Shown here: positions 49,741-61,231 of the stretch, in pieces
How the letters are laid out: the number at the start of each line of letters is the position of its first letter
Numbering within the stretch: position 1 is the stretch's first letter
Origin: an uncultured Actinomycetes bacterium
GTDB lineage: Bacteria > Actinomycetota > Thermoleophilia > Gaiellales > Gaiellaceae
Assembly: GCA_963789895.1 (NCBI GenBank)
Contig: CAWBMC010000002.1
Span: 276,548-340,547, forward strand
DNA length: 64,000 nucleotides
Reading direction: 5' to 3'
Notes under the pieces: model-generated
What the model saw: only the letters and a program-made list of their open reading frames with translations
Told to the model about the DNA's origin: nothing
The model's database searches: none
Made by a program: the position numbers and the translations under genes

Positions 49741-51077
49741 GAGCAGACCTCCGCGAGCACCGCGGCGAGCCGGTCGACGTCCTCCACCGTGCGCCGCTCG
49801 GTGAGGGCGACGAGGAGCACGTCGTCCATCCCCTCGTAGTCGCGACCGAGTGGATACCCGGGGTGCACGCCGTGCTCACGCGCGCGGCGGACGACCTCTC
49901 GGGCGTCGATCGGCGTGCGGAAGGCGACCTCCTTGAACACGGGTCGCTCGAACGCGAGCGGCAACTGGACACGCTCCTGCGCGTAGCCCGCGAGCGCCAT
50001 GCAGGTCTCGCCCACCTCGCGCAGCCCGTCGGGCCCGAGCCAGCACAGCGTGATCAGGCCGCCGAGCGCGAGCAGCGTCTGGTTGGTCGTCATGTTCGAC
50101 GTCGCCTTCTCCCGACGGATGTGCTGCTCGCGGGTCTGGAGCGTCAGGACGAACCCGCGCTTGCCCTCCAGATCGGTCGTCTCGCCGACGATCCGCCCCG
50201 GCATACGGCGGATGAACTCGTGCTTCGCCGCCAGGAACCCGTAGTGCGGGCCACCGTAGGACTGGTAGCACCCGACCCCCTGCCCTTCGCCGATCGCCAT
50301 GTGCGCGCCGTAGGCGCCGGGCGCCTCGAGCAGCCCCAGCGAGACCGGGTCGACGTGGGCCACGGAGACGCCGCCGCCGGCCGAGCCCGCGGCTGCCAGC
50401 TCGGGCGCAGGCTCGAGCACCCCGAAGACGTTCGGCTGCTGGAAGATGGCGATCGCCGCGTCGGCGGCCGCCGCGGCGAATCGCTCCGGGTCGGTCGCGC
50501 CGCCGTCGTGCGGCACCTCGACGACCTCCATGCCGAAGCCGGGGGCGTAGGTCTTCACCACCTGGCGCACCTGCGGGTTGAGCGCCTCGGCGAGCACGAC
50601 CTTGCTGCGACCGGTGTGGTGGCGCGCGATGAAGCACGCATCCGCGGCGACCGTGCAGCCGTCGTACCCGGACGCGTTGGAGACGTCCATCCCGGTCAGC
50701 TCGCAGATCGCCGTCTGATACTCGAAGATGGCCTGCAGCACGCCCTGGCTCATCTCCGGCTGGTACGGCGTGTAGGCGGTCAGGAACTCGCCCCGTCCGA
50801 GGAACGTGTCCACGATGGCGGGGACGTAGTGGTCGTAGATGCCCACGCCGAGAAAGGACAGCTCGTGGTCGGTCGACGCGTTGCGCTCCGCCAGCGCCGC
50901 GAGATGACTGAGCAGATCGGCCTCACCCAGCGCCGCCGGCACCTCGAGCTCGCGGTCGAGGCGCACGCCCGCGGGGATCTGCTCGAACAGGTCGTCGATC
51001 GAGTCGACGCCGATTGCGGCGAGCATCGCCTCACGGTCGGCGTCGGTCTGCGAGAGGTAGCCGGGCGGTCCGCTCAC
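49731..51077 (-). CDS. gcvPA: Glycine dehydrogenase subunit 1
   Basis: TAYTPYQPEMSQG, TLQTREQHIRREKATSN. Confidence 0.96.
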   Translation of the reverse strand: MSGPPGYLSQTDADREAMLAAIGVDSIDDLFEQIPAGVRLDRELEVPAALGEADLLSHLAALAERNASTDHELSFLGVGIYDHYVPAIVDTFLGRGEFLTAYTPYQPEMSQGVLQAIFEYQTAICELTGMDVSNASGYDGCTVAADACFIARHHTGRSKVVLAEALNPQVRQVVKTYAPGFGMEVVEVPHDGGATDPERFAAAAADAAIAIFQQPNVFGVLEPAPELAAAGSAGGGVSVAHVDPVSLGLLEAPGAYGAHMAIGEGQGVGCYQSYGGPHYGFLAAKHEFIRRMPGRIVGETTDLEGKRGFVLTLQTREQHIRREKATSNMTTNQTLLALGGLITLCWLGPDGLREVGETCMALAGYAQERVQLPLAFERPVFKEVAFRTPIDAREVVRRAREHGVHPGYPLGRDYEGMDDVLLVALTERRTVEDVDRLAAVLAEVCSWS

Positions 51078-51469
51078 TGCTCGGCGACGTGGGCGCGATA
51101 GGCGCCCGAGTCCATGAGGGCGTCGACCTCGGACGGATCGGACAGTCGGATGCGCACGAGCCACCCCGCACCGTACGGATCGTCGTTGACCGTCTCGGGT
51201 TCGTCGGCGACCTTCTCGTTCACCTCGAGGATCTCGCCGGAGAGCGGCGCGACCACGTCCGAGACAGCCTTCACCGACTCCACCTCGGCGTACGGCTGAC
51301 CCGCTGCCACCTGTCCTCCGGCGGTCGGGGCCTCGAAGTGGACGAGCTCGCCGAGCGCGTCCTGCGCGAACCAGGTGATGCCGAGCACGGCCTCGTCGCC
51401 CTCGATGCGGGCCCAGTCGTGCTCGGGGTGGTAGCGAAGATCGTCCGGATAGCTCTCGGGCGCAGCCAC
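51074..51469 (-). CDS. gcvH: Glycine cleavage H protein
   Basis: GITWFAQDALG, VESVKAVSD (lipoyl-Lys), NDDPYGAGW. Confidence 0.97.
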   Translation of the reverse strand: MAAPESYPDDLRYHPEHDWARIEGDEAVLGITWFAQDALGELVHFEAPTAGGQVAAGQPYAEVESVKAVSDVVAPLSGEILEVNEKVADEPETVNDDPYGAGWLVRIRLSDPSEVDALMDSGAYRAHVAEQ

Positions 51470-52534
51470 TAGCGCTCCTCTCGGCGGTAGATGGGTTTCT
51501 TGACGACGCGTGCACGCCGCTGCTTGCCGCGTACGTCGATCGTCAGCTCTGTCTCGGGTGCAGCGCTGTCGGCCGGGACGTAGCCCATGCCGATCCCGAC
51601 GTCGAGCGACGGCGAGTGGGTGCCGGACGTGACGAGGCCCCCGCCGTCGATCGGCATGCCCTGCCGTGGGATCGCCTTCTCCTCCATCACGAACGCGGCG
51701 AGCCGCCGCTGCGGGCCGCTTTCGCGGACCCGGCGCAGCTCGGCGACGCCGGTGAACTCCTTCTCGAGCACGCACGTCCAGGCCAGCCCGGCGGAGATCG
51801 CATCCGTCTCGGGGGTGATGTCGTTGCCGTGCAGCGGGTAGCAGACCTCGAGCCGCAGCGTGTCCCGTGCCCCGAGCCCGCACGGCGTGGCGCCACGCCC
51901 GGTGACGGCGTCCCACAGCTCCACCGCGTCGTCTGCGTCACAGAGAAGCTCGACGCCGCGCTCGCCCGTGTAGCCGGTGCGGCAGACCATCACCTCGACG
52001 CCGTCGACGTCGCTCATCGCGTGGGTGAACGCCGGTGCGTCGGGCAGCCCGAGGCGCTCGATCGACTCCGGGCCCTGCACCGCGAGCAATCCGTACTCGT
52101 CCGACGCGTCACGCACCTCGGAGCCGCGGATCTCACGCTCCTTGATCCAGGCGTAGGCCGCCGCACGGTTGCCGGCGTTGACGACGAGCAGGTAGTGGAA
52201 GGCGCTGATCCTGTAGGCGATCAGATCGTCGACGATGCCCCCGCTGTCGTTCGTCAGGAGCGTGTACTGCGCCTCGCCGTCGAGCGAGGCGCCCGAGGTC
52301 GTTGGAGAGGAGCCCCTGCAGCAGCTGCTCCGCGTTCGGCCCCTCGACGTGGAGCTGCCCCATGTGCGAGACGTCGAACACGCCCCACGACCTGCGGACG
52401 GCGAGATGCTCGGGGATGACGCCCTCGTACTGCACGGGCATCTCCCAGCCCGCAAACGGCACCATGCGGGCTCCGGCGCCGACGTGCCGCTCGTAGAGCG
52501 GCGTCCGGCGCAGGTCGGCTACGGCGGCGTCCAC
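51469..52534 (-). CDS. gcvT: Aminomethyltransferase (frameshift near 52285)
   Basis: [22 protein letters not shown], then [18 protein letters not shown]. Confidence 0.94.
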
Positions 52535-52583
52535 GGGCGCGACTCTAGCCGCGCACCGTCGGCTGTCCGCGCCGGCCGGGTGT

Positions 52584-52617
52584 GGTGCCTGCCGGTGCCT
52601 GCCTTCAGGCAGGCACC
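52584..52617. repeat. Hairpin ggtgcctgcc-ttca-ggcaggcacc with duplicated arm, between ftsZ and gcvT
   Basis: Perfect 10-bp stem; possible terminator or REP. Confidence 0.65.
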
Positions 52618-52670
52618 AGGGGCGTGCGGCTGCGAGGGTACGGGCCCGCCGTCGGCGGGCTCCGCGTACG

Positions 52671-53741
52671 TCAGTCCTCGCGAAGGAAGGACGGAACGTC
52701 GATGTCGGCGTCCGCACTCGCGCTGCGCGAGCTGCTCGTGGCCGCCGCTCCGGCCATCGCCGCGGCCGGCTCGACGCGGCGCCGGCGGGCTCTCCCGCCG
52801 CCGAAGCCGGTCGCGATCACGGTGACGCGCACTTCGTCCTTGAGCGAGTCGTCGATCACGGCGCCGAAGATGACGTTCGCGTTCGAGTCGGCGTGACCGG
52901 TGACGACCTCAGCCGCCTCGTTCACCTCGAAGAGGCCGATGTCGGGCGGCCCGGTGATGTTGAGGAGCACGCCGGTGGCGCCGTCGAGCGTCGTCTCGAG
53001 CAGAGGCGAGGAGACGGCGGCGGTGGCCGCCTCGGCGGCACGGTTTTCGCCGGACGCGGTGCCGATCCCCATCAAGGCAGATCCGGCGTCGCGCATGATC
53101 GTGCGCACGTCGGCGAAGTCGAGGTTGACGAGCCCGGGCACGGTGATCAGGTCGGTGATCCCCTGCACGCCCTGGCGGAGGATGTCGTCCGCGATCCGGA
53201 ACGCCTCCGTCACGGGGGTGCGCTTCTCGACCACCTCGAGCAGGCGGTCGTTCTCGATCACGATCAGCGTGTCGACGCGGTCGCGCAGGCCCTGGATGCC
53301 GACCTCTGCCTGGTCGGAGCGGCGACGGCCCTCGAACCCGAACGGCTTCGTGACGACGCCGACGGTGAGCGCCTCGAGCTCACGACCGAGCTCTGCGACG
53401 ACGGGTGCCGCACCGGTGCCGGTGCCACCTCCCTCGCCGGCGGTGACGAAGATCATGTCGGCGCCCTTGAGCGCCTCCTTCAGCTCGTCGCGGCTCTCGA
53501 CCGCCGCGGCGAGACCGACGGCCGGGTCGGCGCCGGCGCCGAGCCCGCGCGTCACCTTGGAGCCGATGTGGATCTTCACGTCGGCGTCGGTCATCAGGAG
53601 CGCCTGCGCATCCGTGTTGACGGCGATGAACTCGACGCCGGTGAGACCGGACTCGACCATGCGGTTGACGGCGTTCGTGCCGCCGCCACCGACGCCCACG
53701 ACCTTGATCACTGCCAGATAGTTGCCGCTGGGAGTACTCAT
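52671..53741 (-). CDS. ftsZ: Cell division protein FtsZ
   Basis: [26 protein letters not shown]-terminal DIDVPSFL. Confidence 0.99.
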   Translation of the reverse strand: MSTPSGNYLAVIKVVGVGGGGTNAVNRMVESGLTGVEFIAVNTDAQALLMTDADVKIHIGSKVTRGLGAGADPAVGLAAAVESRDELKEALKGADMIFVTAGEGGGTGTGAAPVVAELGRELEALTVGVVTKPFGFEGRRRSDQAEVGIQGLRDRVDTLIVIENDRLLEVVEKRTPVTEAFRIADDILRQGVQGITDLITVPGLVNLDFADVRTIMRDAGSALMGIGTASGENRAAEAATAAVSSPLLETTLDGATGVLLNITGPPDIGLFEVNEAAEVVTGHADSNANVIFGAVIDDSLKDEVRVTVIATGFGGGRARRRRVEPAAAMAGAAATSSSRSASADADIDVPSFLRED

Positions 53742-53758
53742 CTCAACCTGCCTCGACG

Positions 53759-54718
53759 TCAAGCTCTCATCGAGCTAGTGGGTGTGAACGTGCGTCCTGC
53801 GTGTCCCATTCGTATCCAGGGTACGAACTCCTTGTCGGCATTGTCAATGGGAATCTCAAGGTAAGGTCGAGATCGTACTCTCAACCTCAACTTGAGGTAA
53901 GGGTCGGTTCCGGCCACCGGGCGCTCGGGCACGCTGACGTCGAGGTAGCGGGATCCTGGCTGGAGAAGCGGGATCAGGCGACGCGCGACGGCGAGCTTCA
54001 GGGCGACGTCGGCTGCGTCGCCGAGGCGCACCTCGAGCCCCGAGCGGAGCCGCAGCGTGAGCGCATCCTCCGTCGCCTGCACGGAGATCACACGGGACGG
54101 GAAGCGGTGACCGGCGAGCGGCGAGACCGCCGTGACGGCGGTGCGGAGGTCGCCGACGACGGTCGCGCCCGGCGTGAGCGTGGCAGCAGCCTGACCCACC
54201 CAGATCCGTGCCAGCCCCGGGCGCGTGCCCGGCCGCACTCTGGCCACGACGCGTCCGCGGGCGGAGACGACGTAGGCCCGCGCGCCCTGGCGGATCACTG
54301 CCACGGGGTGCTCCGGCACGACGCGGACGGCGAGTGTGTGCGGGAAGGCGCGGTCGAAGGTGGCCGAGGCGACAGTCGGCACCGACTCGACGGCGCTCTC
54401 GGCTGCGGCGAGGTCGACCGCGAGCAGGCTCTCCCCCCTGGTCCGCGCGAGCGCCCGCTCGACCTGGGTCACGACGCCGTCGGGCGCGCCGTCGACGGTG
54501 ACGGTGCGCACCGCGAACATCGACGTCTCGCGCGCTGCGACGTAGGCGAGCGCCGCCCCCGCGAGGAGCGCGAAGGCGATCAGGAGCGAGCGGGCCGACG
54601 GTGCCAGCCAGTCGAGGTCGAGGCGGCCCACACGACTCCGCCGCGGGAACGAGACGACGACGCTCGCCGTGCGCGCCCGAGGGCGCGCACCGCGCTTTGC
54701 TCGCTCCCCGGTCGGCAC
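53759..54718 (-). CDS. ftsQ: Cell division protein FtsQ/DivIB (true 3' end probably near 53860-53900)
   Basis: TM, POTRA ([11 protein letters not shown]), [10 protein letters not shown]; position before ftsZ. Confidence 0.88.
   Translation of the reverse strand: MPTGERAKRGARPRARTASVVVSFPRRSRVGRLDLDWLAPSARSLLIAFALLAGAALAYVAARETSMFAVRTVTVDGAPDGVVTQVERALARTRGESLLAVDLAAAESAVESVPTVASATFDRAFPHTLAVRVVPEHPVAVIRQGARAYVVSARGRVVARVRPGTRPGLARIWVGQAAATLTPGATVVGDLRTAVTAVSPLAGHRFPSRVISVQATEDALTLRLRSGLEVRLGDAADVALKLAVARRLIPLLQPGSRYLDVSVPERPVAGTDPYLKLRLRVRSRPYLEIPIDNADKEFVPWIRMGHAGRTFTPTSSMRA
53818..53900 (-). promoter_or_regulatory. ftsZ promoter with upstream palindromic operator-like boxes
   Basis: TTGACA (53847-53842)-N18-TACCCT; acctcaagttgaggt palindrome at about 53884-53898; second box ctcgaccttaccttgag. 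Confidence 0.65.
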
Positions 54719-54751
54719 GGGACGATCTTCGCCGTCCTGCGCTCCGGGTCC

Positions 54752-55631
54752 TCACCCCAGCGCCATGCCTCCGAGCAGGACGACTTCGTGCTCGAGCTCG
54801 ACGCCGAACTGCTCACGGGCACGGCGTCGCGACTCGGCCATCAGCGCCAGGCAGTCCGCGGTCGTCGCCCCACCGGCGTTCTCGATGAAGTTCGCGTGCA
54901 TCGGCGAGACGACGGCGCCGCCGACGCGGTGCCCCTTGAGTCCGCAGAGCTCGAGCATCCGACCGGCCCCCAGCCTCACCGGCGGGTTCTTCCAGACGGA
55001 GCCGAACGTCCGCTTCGTCGTCGGTTGCGTCGCCTTGCGGCGCGCCACGAGCTCTGCGACATCGGACCTTGATCTCGGCCGGCGGCCGGGGGCGCAGCCG
55101 GTATTCGACGCCGGCCACGATCTGCCCCGGCCCGAGGTCGGAATGACGATAGGTGAGCCCGAGCTCGGCCGCCGTCAGCCACCCCGCGCCATCGCCGGTC
55201 ACGACGAGGGCGCGCTCGAGGATCGCCGCCCAGTCCGAGCCGTACGCACCGGCGTTCATCCGCACCCCGCCACCGGCCGTGCCGGGGATGGCACATGCGA
55301 ACTCGAAGCCACCGAGCCCCGCCTCGCGCGCCCGATGCAGGCAGACCGCATTCGTCGCACCGCCCCCGGCCAGAAGCAGATCCCCGTCGGCGCGTGCCGC
55401 CGCCAGCTCGCCGGTGAGCCGCAGCACGAGCGCGTCGACTCCGTCGTCGGCGCAGAGGACGTTCGAGCCGAGCCCGATCACGACCGGGGCCAGCCCTGCT
55501 CGTTCGGCATGGGCGAGCGCCTCCTCGAGCTCGGGCAGCGTCGAGGGCTGCGCAAACAGCCGGGCGGGGCCGCCGGTGCCGATCGTCGTCCAGCGGTCGA
55601 GCGACACGTCCTCTGCGATCGACACGGTCAC
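54752..55631 (-). CDS. murB: UDP-N-acetylmuramate dehydrogenase (frameshift near 55060)
   Basis: TTIGTGGPA, GLGSN, IPGTAGGGVRMNAGAYG, FGSVWKNP, HANF. Confidence 0.92.
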
Positions 55632-56839
55632 GCGGGTAGACCGTCCACGATCGCACGCGCGATCTGCCACGGCTCCCCCACGCCGAAGGTGACGATCACG
55701 TCGCCCGGCCGCGCCATGTGCAACGCGAGGGACGTTGCGTCGGCGAGCGCCGGCGCCCAGCCCGCCCGCACGTGCGACGGCAGGCGCTCGAGCACGGTCA
55801 CGCCCCGAGACGCCGTCGCGCGGCTCGTCGCGGGCGCCCGTCACCTCGGTCACGATCGCCGCGTCCGCGTGGCCGAGCGCGTCAGCGAGCTCGTGGGCCA
55901 GATGCCGCGTTCGCTCGTAGACGTGCGGCTGGTAGACGGCGATCAGGTTGCCGGCCGTCCGCTCTCGCGCCGTCGCCAGCGTCGCGCGCAGCTCGGTCGG
56001 GTTGTGCCCGTAGTCGTCGTAGACGGTCACACCGCCACGCTCTCCCACCAGCTCGAAGCGCCGGCCGACACCGGCGAAGCGCGCGAGCGCGCTCTCCGCG
56101 ACAGTCGTGGCCACCCCGGCTCGTTCGAGGGCGGCCCGTGCCGCGGCGGCGTTGAGCCGGTTGTGCTCGCCGGGCACGGCGAGCTCGACGTCCGACCGGT
56201 TCGAGCTCCCAGCCCCGCACGACGTCCGGCACCTCGGCCAGCCAGGCTTCGAGCTCCTCGCGGAGCTCGGCCTCGGAGGCGTAGGTGGCGTGGTGGTCGA
56301 GCTCGACGTTCGTGACGACTGCGATCCGCGGTCGCAGGGAGAAGAGCGACCGATCGGACTCGTCACCCTCGACGACGAGCCATCCGCTGCCGACGCCTGC
56401 GTTCCCCTCGAGCTGCGGAACGACACCGCCGATGATCCACGACGGGTCGTTGCCGGTCTCGCGCAGCGCGAACGCGATCATGCCCGCCGTCGTCGTCTTC
56501 CCGTGCGCACCGGCGACCACGATCGACGGCTGCGCGGCGACGAGCTCGGCGAGGAACGCCGCGCGCGGCGTGCCTTCGATCCGGTCGCGGTGGGCTGTGG
56601 AGACGACGACCTCCCAACCCTGCGGGCGGTCTCGGCTCCCCGCCGAGGTCGATCTCGACGCCATCCAGCGTCTCCATGAAGATCGTCTCGCGCACGTCCC
56701 AGCCACGCACCTCCGCGCCGAGCGCGCGCGCCGCGTTGGCGTACGCGGACATCCCCGACCCGCCGATGCCGACGAAGTAGAGGCGGCGTCCCGCGAGCGG
56801 TGCCTGCTTGTGTTGATTCAACACGAAGTCACCCGTCAC
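55628..56839 (-). CDS. murC: UDP-N-acetylmuramate--L-alanine ligase (several frameshifts)
   Basis: VGIGGSGMS, GAHGKTTT, EGDESD, DDYGHNP, YQPH. Confidence 0.9.
56807..56828. repeat. Palindromic element (cttgtgttga-t-tcaacacgaag)
   Basis: Core identical to the 14643 copy. Confidence 0.85.
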
Positions 56840-57907
56840 CCCCGCGCCAGCGCGATCAGCTCGTCGGCGATCGCCTCGGCCGCGTCCGGGCGCGCGAGCG
56901 CGAGCATGTCGGCGCGCATGGCGACGAGCCGGTCGGGGTCTCCGAGCAGCTCCGCGACGAGGCCGGGGACCCGCTCGACGTCGGTGTCGGCGACCACGAC
57001 AGCGCCGCCGCCACGTTCGAAATGCCGCGCGTTGAGCGTCTGGTGATCGGCAGTCGCGTGCGGGTACGGCACGAGCACGGCCGGCGTACCGGCAGCGGCG
57101 AGCTCCCACACGGTGCCGCCGGCACGAGAGACAGCCACGTCCGCCGCCGCGAGGGCGTCGCCGAAGTGGTCGGTCTGCGGCAGGAGCACGTACCCCGGCC
57201 GCGTCACCCTGCCGGCGAGCGAGGCGTGGTCGCGCTCACCGCAGATGTGCAGCACGGCAGGCCCGGCTCTCCCCCCACGCGGACACGGCCATCTCGTTCA
57301 GCGATCGCGCGCCCGCGAGCGCGCCGAAGACGGCCACGACGGGCTCGTCGGGCTCGAAGCCGAAGCGGGCGCGCCCCTCGGCACGCGTGGCGCCGCGATG
57401 GGCGCGCGGGATCGGCCGGCCGACGACGCGATACTTCCCGCCGCTGCGCCCCTCGACCTCGTAGGCGAGAAAGACGCTGCGGGCGAACGGCGCCGCGAGG
57501 CGGTTGGCGAGGCCGAGATGCGCGTCCGCCTCGGTCAGCGCGGTCGGGATTCCGCGCAGCCGGGCCGCGAGCACCATCGGCCCGGCCACGAACCCGCCGC
57601 CGCCGAGCACCACGTCGGGCCGTCGCCGTCCGAGGATCCGCAGGCAGAGAAAGGGTGCGCGCACTGCGCGGACGCACGCGCGGACGAGGTCGAGACCAGG
57701 GCGTCGCGGGATGCCGGAGACAGGGAACGTGTCGAGCTCGAAGCCCGCCTCAGGCACCAGCCGCGACTCGACGCGGTCGGGGCTGCCGGCGAACGTCACC
57801 GTCACGCCGCGTTCCCGCAGCACCTCCGCCACTGCGAGGGCGGGCCTGACGTGACCCGCGGTCCCGCCGGCCGCGACCACGCACACGAGCTTCGACGACG
57901 CGCTCAT
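56836..57907 (-). CDS. murG: MurG glycosyltransferase (frameshift near 57265)
   Basis: GGTAGHV, GGGFVAGP, SRAGGTVWEL, HQTLNA. Confidence 0.92.
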
Positions 57908-58976
57908 TCACGGCGATGTTAAGGAGGATCCCGACCGCGGCGAGCAGTACGACGAGAAACGAGCCTCCGTAGGAGACGAACGGCAGCGGGATACCGGTCA
58001 GCGGCGCGATGCCGAGCACCGCCGCGAGGTTGACCGCAGCCTGCCCGCAGACGAGGGTCGTGATCCCCGCCGCGAGCCGCTTGCCGAACGGGTCGGCGCA
58101 GCCGATGGCGACCCGGAAGCCCGCCCAGGCGAAGACGAAGAACGCGGCCGCGACGAGCGTTGCGCCGATGAGGCCGAGCTCCTCGCCGATGACGGCGTAG
58201 ATCATGTCCGTGTGGGCCTCCGGCAGGAAGTTGATCTTCTGGATGCTCCGCCCCAGCCCCTCCCCGGTGACGCCGCCGGAGCCCATGCCGATCATCGCCT
58301 GCACCGTCTGGAAGCCGGCGCCCTCGGGATCCTGCCACGGGTCGAGAAAGCTGAGCACGCGCGCGCGCCGGTAGGGCTCGAGCCAGATCGCCGCCGCGCC
58401 GAACGCGAGCGACAGCGTCGTCGCTGCGAGCAGCAGCCGCACCGGTGTCCCGGACACGAGCAGGAGGCCGGCGACCATCAGGCAGAGCGCGATCGTGGTG
58501 CCGAGGTCCGGCTCGAGCAGGATCAGGACGCAGAAGACCGCCACGACCAGTCCGACGGGCTTCAGGAGCTGGCCGAACGTCCGCGGGGCCGGTCTTCGCG
58601 CGAGCACCGCCGCGACCCAGATGCAGATTGCGATCTTCGCGAACTCGGACGGCTGGATGCTGATCGGCCCGGCGAGAAACCATCGTCGCGCGCCGTTGAT
58701 CTGCGGCGCGACGGCAAGCACGGCGACGCACGCCACGAATGCGGTCACGAGCAGGATCGGCGCGAGCGGCCGCAGCCGGTGATAGTCGAAGCGCGAGAGG
58801 AGCAGCATCGCGGTGACGCCCACGAGCGCGTACAGCCCCTGCTTGATGAGGAAGTACATCGGGTCGCCCTCGCCGAGCGCCGCCGACGCGGACGTGGCGC
58901 TGAAGACCATCACGAGCCCGAACGCGACGAGGCCGAGCGTCACCAGGACGAGGACGCGCTGCTCGAGCTGTCTCAC
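57750..58976 (-). CDS. ftsW: Peptidoglycan polymerase FtsW
   Basis: NGARRW, QPSEFAK, EPDLG, LPEAHTD, LPFVSYGG. Confidence 0.95.
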   Translation of the reverse strand: MRQLEQRVLVLVTLGLVAFGLVMVFSATSASAALGEGDPMYFLIKQGLYALVGVTAMLLLSRFDYHRLRPLAPILLVTAFVACVAVLAVAPQINGARRWFLAGPISIQPSEFAKIAICIWVAAVLARRPAPRTFGQLLKPVGLVVAVFCVLILLEPDLGTTIALCLMVAGLLLVSGTPVRLLLAATTLSLAFGAAAIWLEPYRRARVLSFLDPWQDPEGAGFQTVQAMIGMGSGGVTGEGLGRSIQKINFLPEAHTDMIYAVIGEELGLIGATLVAAAFFVFAWAGFRVAIGCADPFGKRLAAGITTLVCGQAAVNLAAVLGIAPLTGIPLPFVSYGGSFLVVLLAAVGILLNIAVNERVVEARVRGRGRRDRGSRQARPRSGGGAAGTRRDGDVRRQPRPRRVAAGA

Positions 58977-60219
58977 CCGGCGAGCTTCGCCACCAGGCGG
59001 CGGAACTCCTCCCCTCGCTGCTCGAAGCTCGTGAACTGGTCGAAGCTCGCGCACGCCGGCGAGAGCAGGACGACGTCGCCGGGAACCGCGGCGGATGCCG
59101 CCGCGGCGACGGCTTGCTCCAGATCGCCCGCACGAACGTAGCCGACGCCACGCGCCGTGAGCGCGGCGGCGATCTCGTCGGCCGCCTCGCCGATCACGTA
59201 GGCGCGGTCGCCGTCGGCGAGTGCATCGGCGAGCGGCGCGTAGCTCTCCTGCTTGCCCCTGCCACCGAGGATCACGTGCAGCCGGCGCTCCGGAAACGAC
59301 GCCACCGCGCGCAGTGCCGCGGCCACGTTCGTCGCCTTCGAGTCGTTGACGTAGAGGACGCCGCCGAGCTCGGCGACGGTCTCGATACGGTGCTCGACAC
59401 CGGGGAAGGTACGCAGCGCCGCCGCGATCGCCTCGTCGGGTACTCCGATGGCGCGGGCGGCTGCGGTTGCGGCGGCGGCGTTCTCACGGTTGTGCGCCCC
59501 CGGGATGAGCGGCTCGGCGGGCAGCGGATCGTCGGCAGCGAACTCGACGCGTCGCCCCCGTCCCGGGACGGCAGCGAAGCCGCGCGGCACGACGGCGACG
59601 TCGTCCGCCTCCTGGTTCGCGAAGACGTGGAGCTTCGCCGCCGCGTAGTCCTCGAAGGAGCCGTGCCGGTCGATGTGGTCGGGCTGCAGGTTGAGCAGCA
59701 CCGCGACGCGCGGCCGAAGCGCGTCGACGTCCTCGAGCTGGAACGAGGAGAGCTCGCAGACGACCCACGCGTCCGGCTCCGCCGAGCCGACGAGCGACGT
59801 CAGCGGCCGACCGATGTTGCCCGCCACCTCGAGCGGGCATGCCCGCCGCGTCGAGCATCGCTCCCAGGAGCGCCGTCGTCGTCGTCTTGCCGTTCGTGCC
59901 GGTGATACCGACGAGCGGGTTCGGGAGCAGGCGCGCCCCGAGCTCGATCTCCGAGACGATCTCGACGCCGCGGGCACGCGCGGCGTCGACGGGCGGCGCG
60001 TCGCCGGGCACCCCGGGGCTCTTGACGACGAGGTCGACTCCGTCGAGAAGCTCATCGTCCCAGCCGCCGAGCCGAGCCTCGATCTCGAGACCGGTCACGT
60101 CGACGTCCGGGTCGCGGTCGTAGGCGACGACGTCAGCCCCCTCGCCCGCGTAGCGCCGCCACCGCCGCGCGCCCCGAGCGCGCGAGCCCGACGACGAGGA
60201 CGCGCCGCGGCACCGTCAC
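58973..60219 (-). CDS. murD: MurD ligase (frameshifts)
   Basis: [43 protein letters not shown]. Confidence 0.93.
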
Positions 60220-61231
60220 AGCTGGAAGCGCAGGTAGTAGCGGTAGTAGAGGACGAAGCCGACGGCGCAGAGGATGGCGCCCACGATCCAGAAGCGCACC
60301 ATGATCTTCGTCTCCGACCACGCCTTCATCTCGAAGTGGTGGTGGATCGGCGCCATCAGGAACACCCGCTGGCCCGTGCGCTTGAAGCTCGCCACCTGGA
60401 TCATCACGGAGAGCGCCTCGATCAGGTAGATGCCGCCGATGAAGACGAGCAGCACCTCGGTCTTGGTGAAGATGGCCAGGGTGGCGATCGCCCCGCCGAA
60501 CGCCATCGAGCCGGTGTCGCCCATGAACACCTCGGCCGGGAAGGCGTTGAACCAGAGGAAGCCGATCACGCCGCCGATCAGCGCCGCCGTGACGATGGCG
60601 ATGTCCAGGTACTCGTCGCTCCGGAGTCCCGGCTCGCCCGAGCGGATCCAGGTGATCGCCGCGATCGCGAGCAGGGTGAGCAGCGAGACCGCGCAGGTGC
60701 CGGCCGCCAGCCCGTCGAGACCGTCGGTCAGGTTGACGCCGTTTGCCGTGCCGGCGATGAGGATGAAGAGGAACGGGAAGTAGAACCAGTGCAGGTCGAT
60801 GTTGACGTCGACGACCGGGAAGTAGATCTGCGTGTCCATGTAGCCGACCTGCGTCGTGGCCCAGCCGACGCCCGCGGTGACGGCGGCCAGCAGAAGCAGC
60901 TTCCAGCGCCCGGAGAGCCCGAGCGAGCGGCGCCTGCGCACCTTGAGGTAAGTCGTCGGCGAAGCCGATCGTCGCGCACGCGAGCGTGGCCACCATCACC
61001 GTCACGCCCGGGACCGTGTAGAGCGAGACGACGACGAACGGCAGCACCGCCGCGAACAGGATCAGCAGACCCGCCCATCGTCGGCGTCCCCGCCTTGACG
61101 AAGTGGTGCTTCGGTCCTTCCTCGCGGATCTGCTGACCCACGCTCTGGCGGCGCAGCCAGGCGATGAACTGAGGCCCGATGACGACGGCGATCACCATCG
61201 CCACCAGCCCCGCGACGAGAACCCTCACCAT
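60216..61231 (-). CDS. mraY: Phospho-MurNAc-pentapeptide transferase (frameshifts)
   Basis: KAGTPTMGG, NLTDGLDGL, FMGDTGS, MAPIHHHFE. Confidence 0.94.

Noticed and set aside
52535-52670. Glycine riboswitch upstream of gcvT
   Set aside because: No GGAGA..CCGAAG..CUCUCAGG core; a -10 box 7 nt from the start implies a leaderless mRNA
53742-54751. Absence of ftsA and ddl from the dcw cluster
   Set aside because: Normal for actinobacteria
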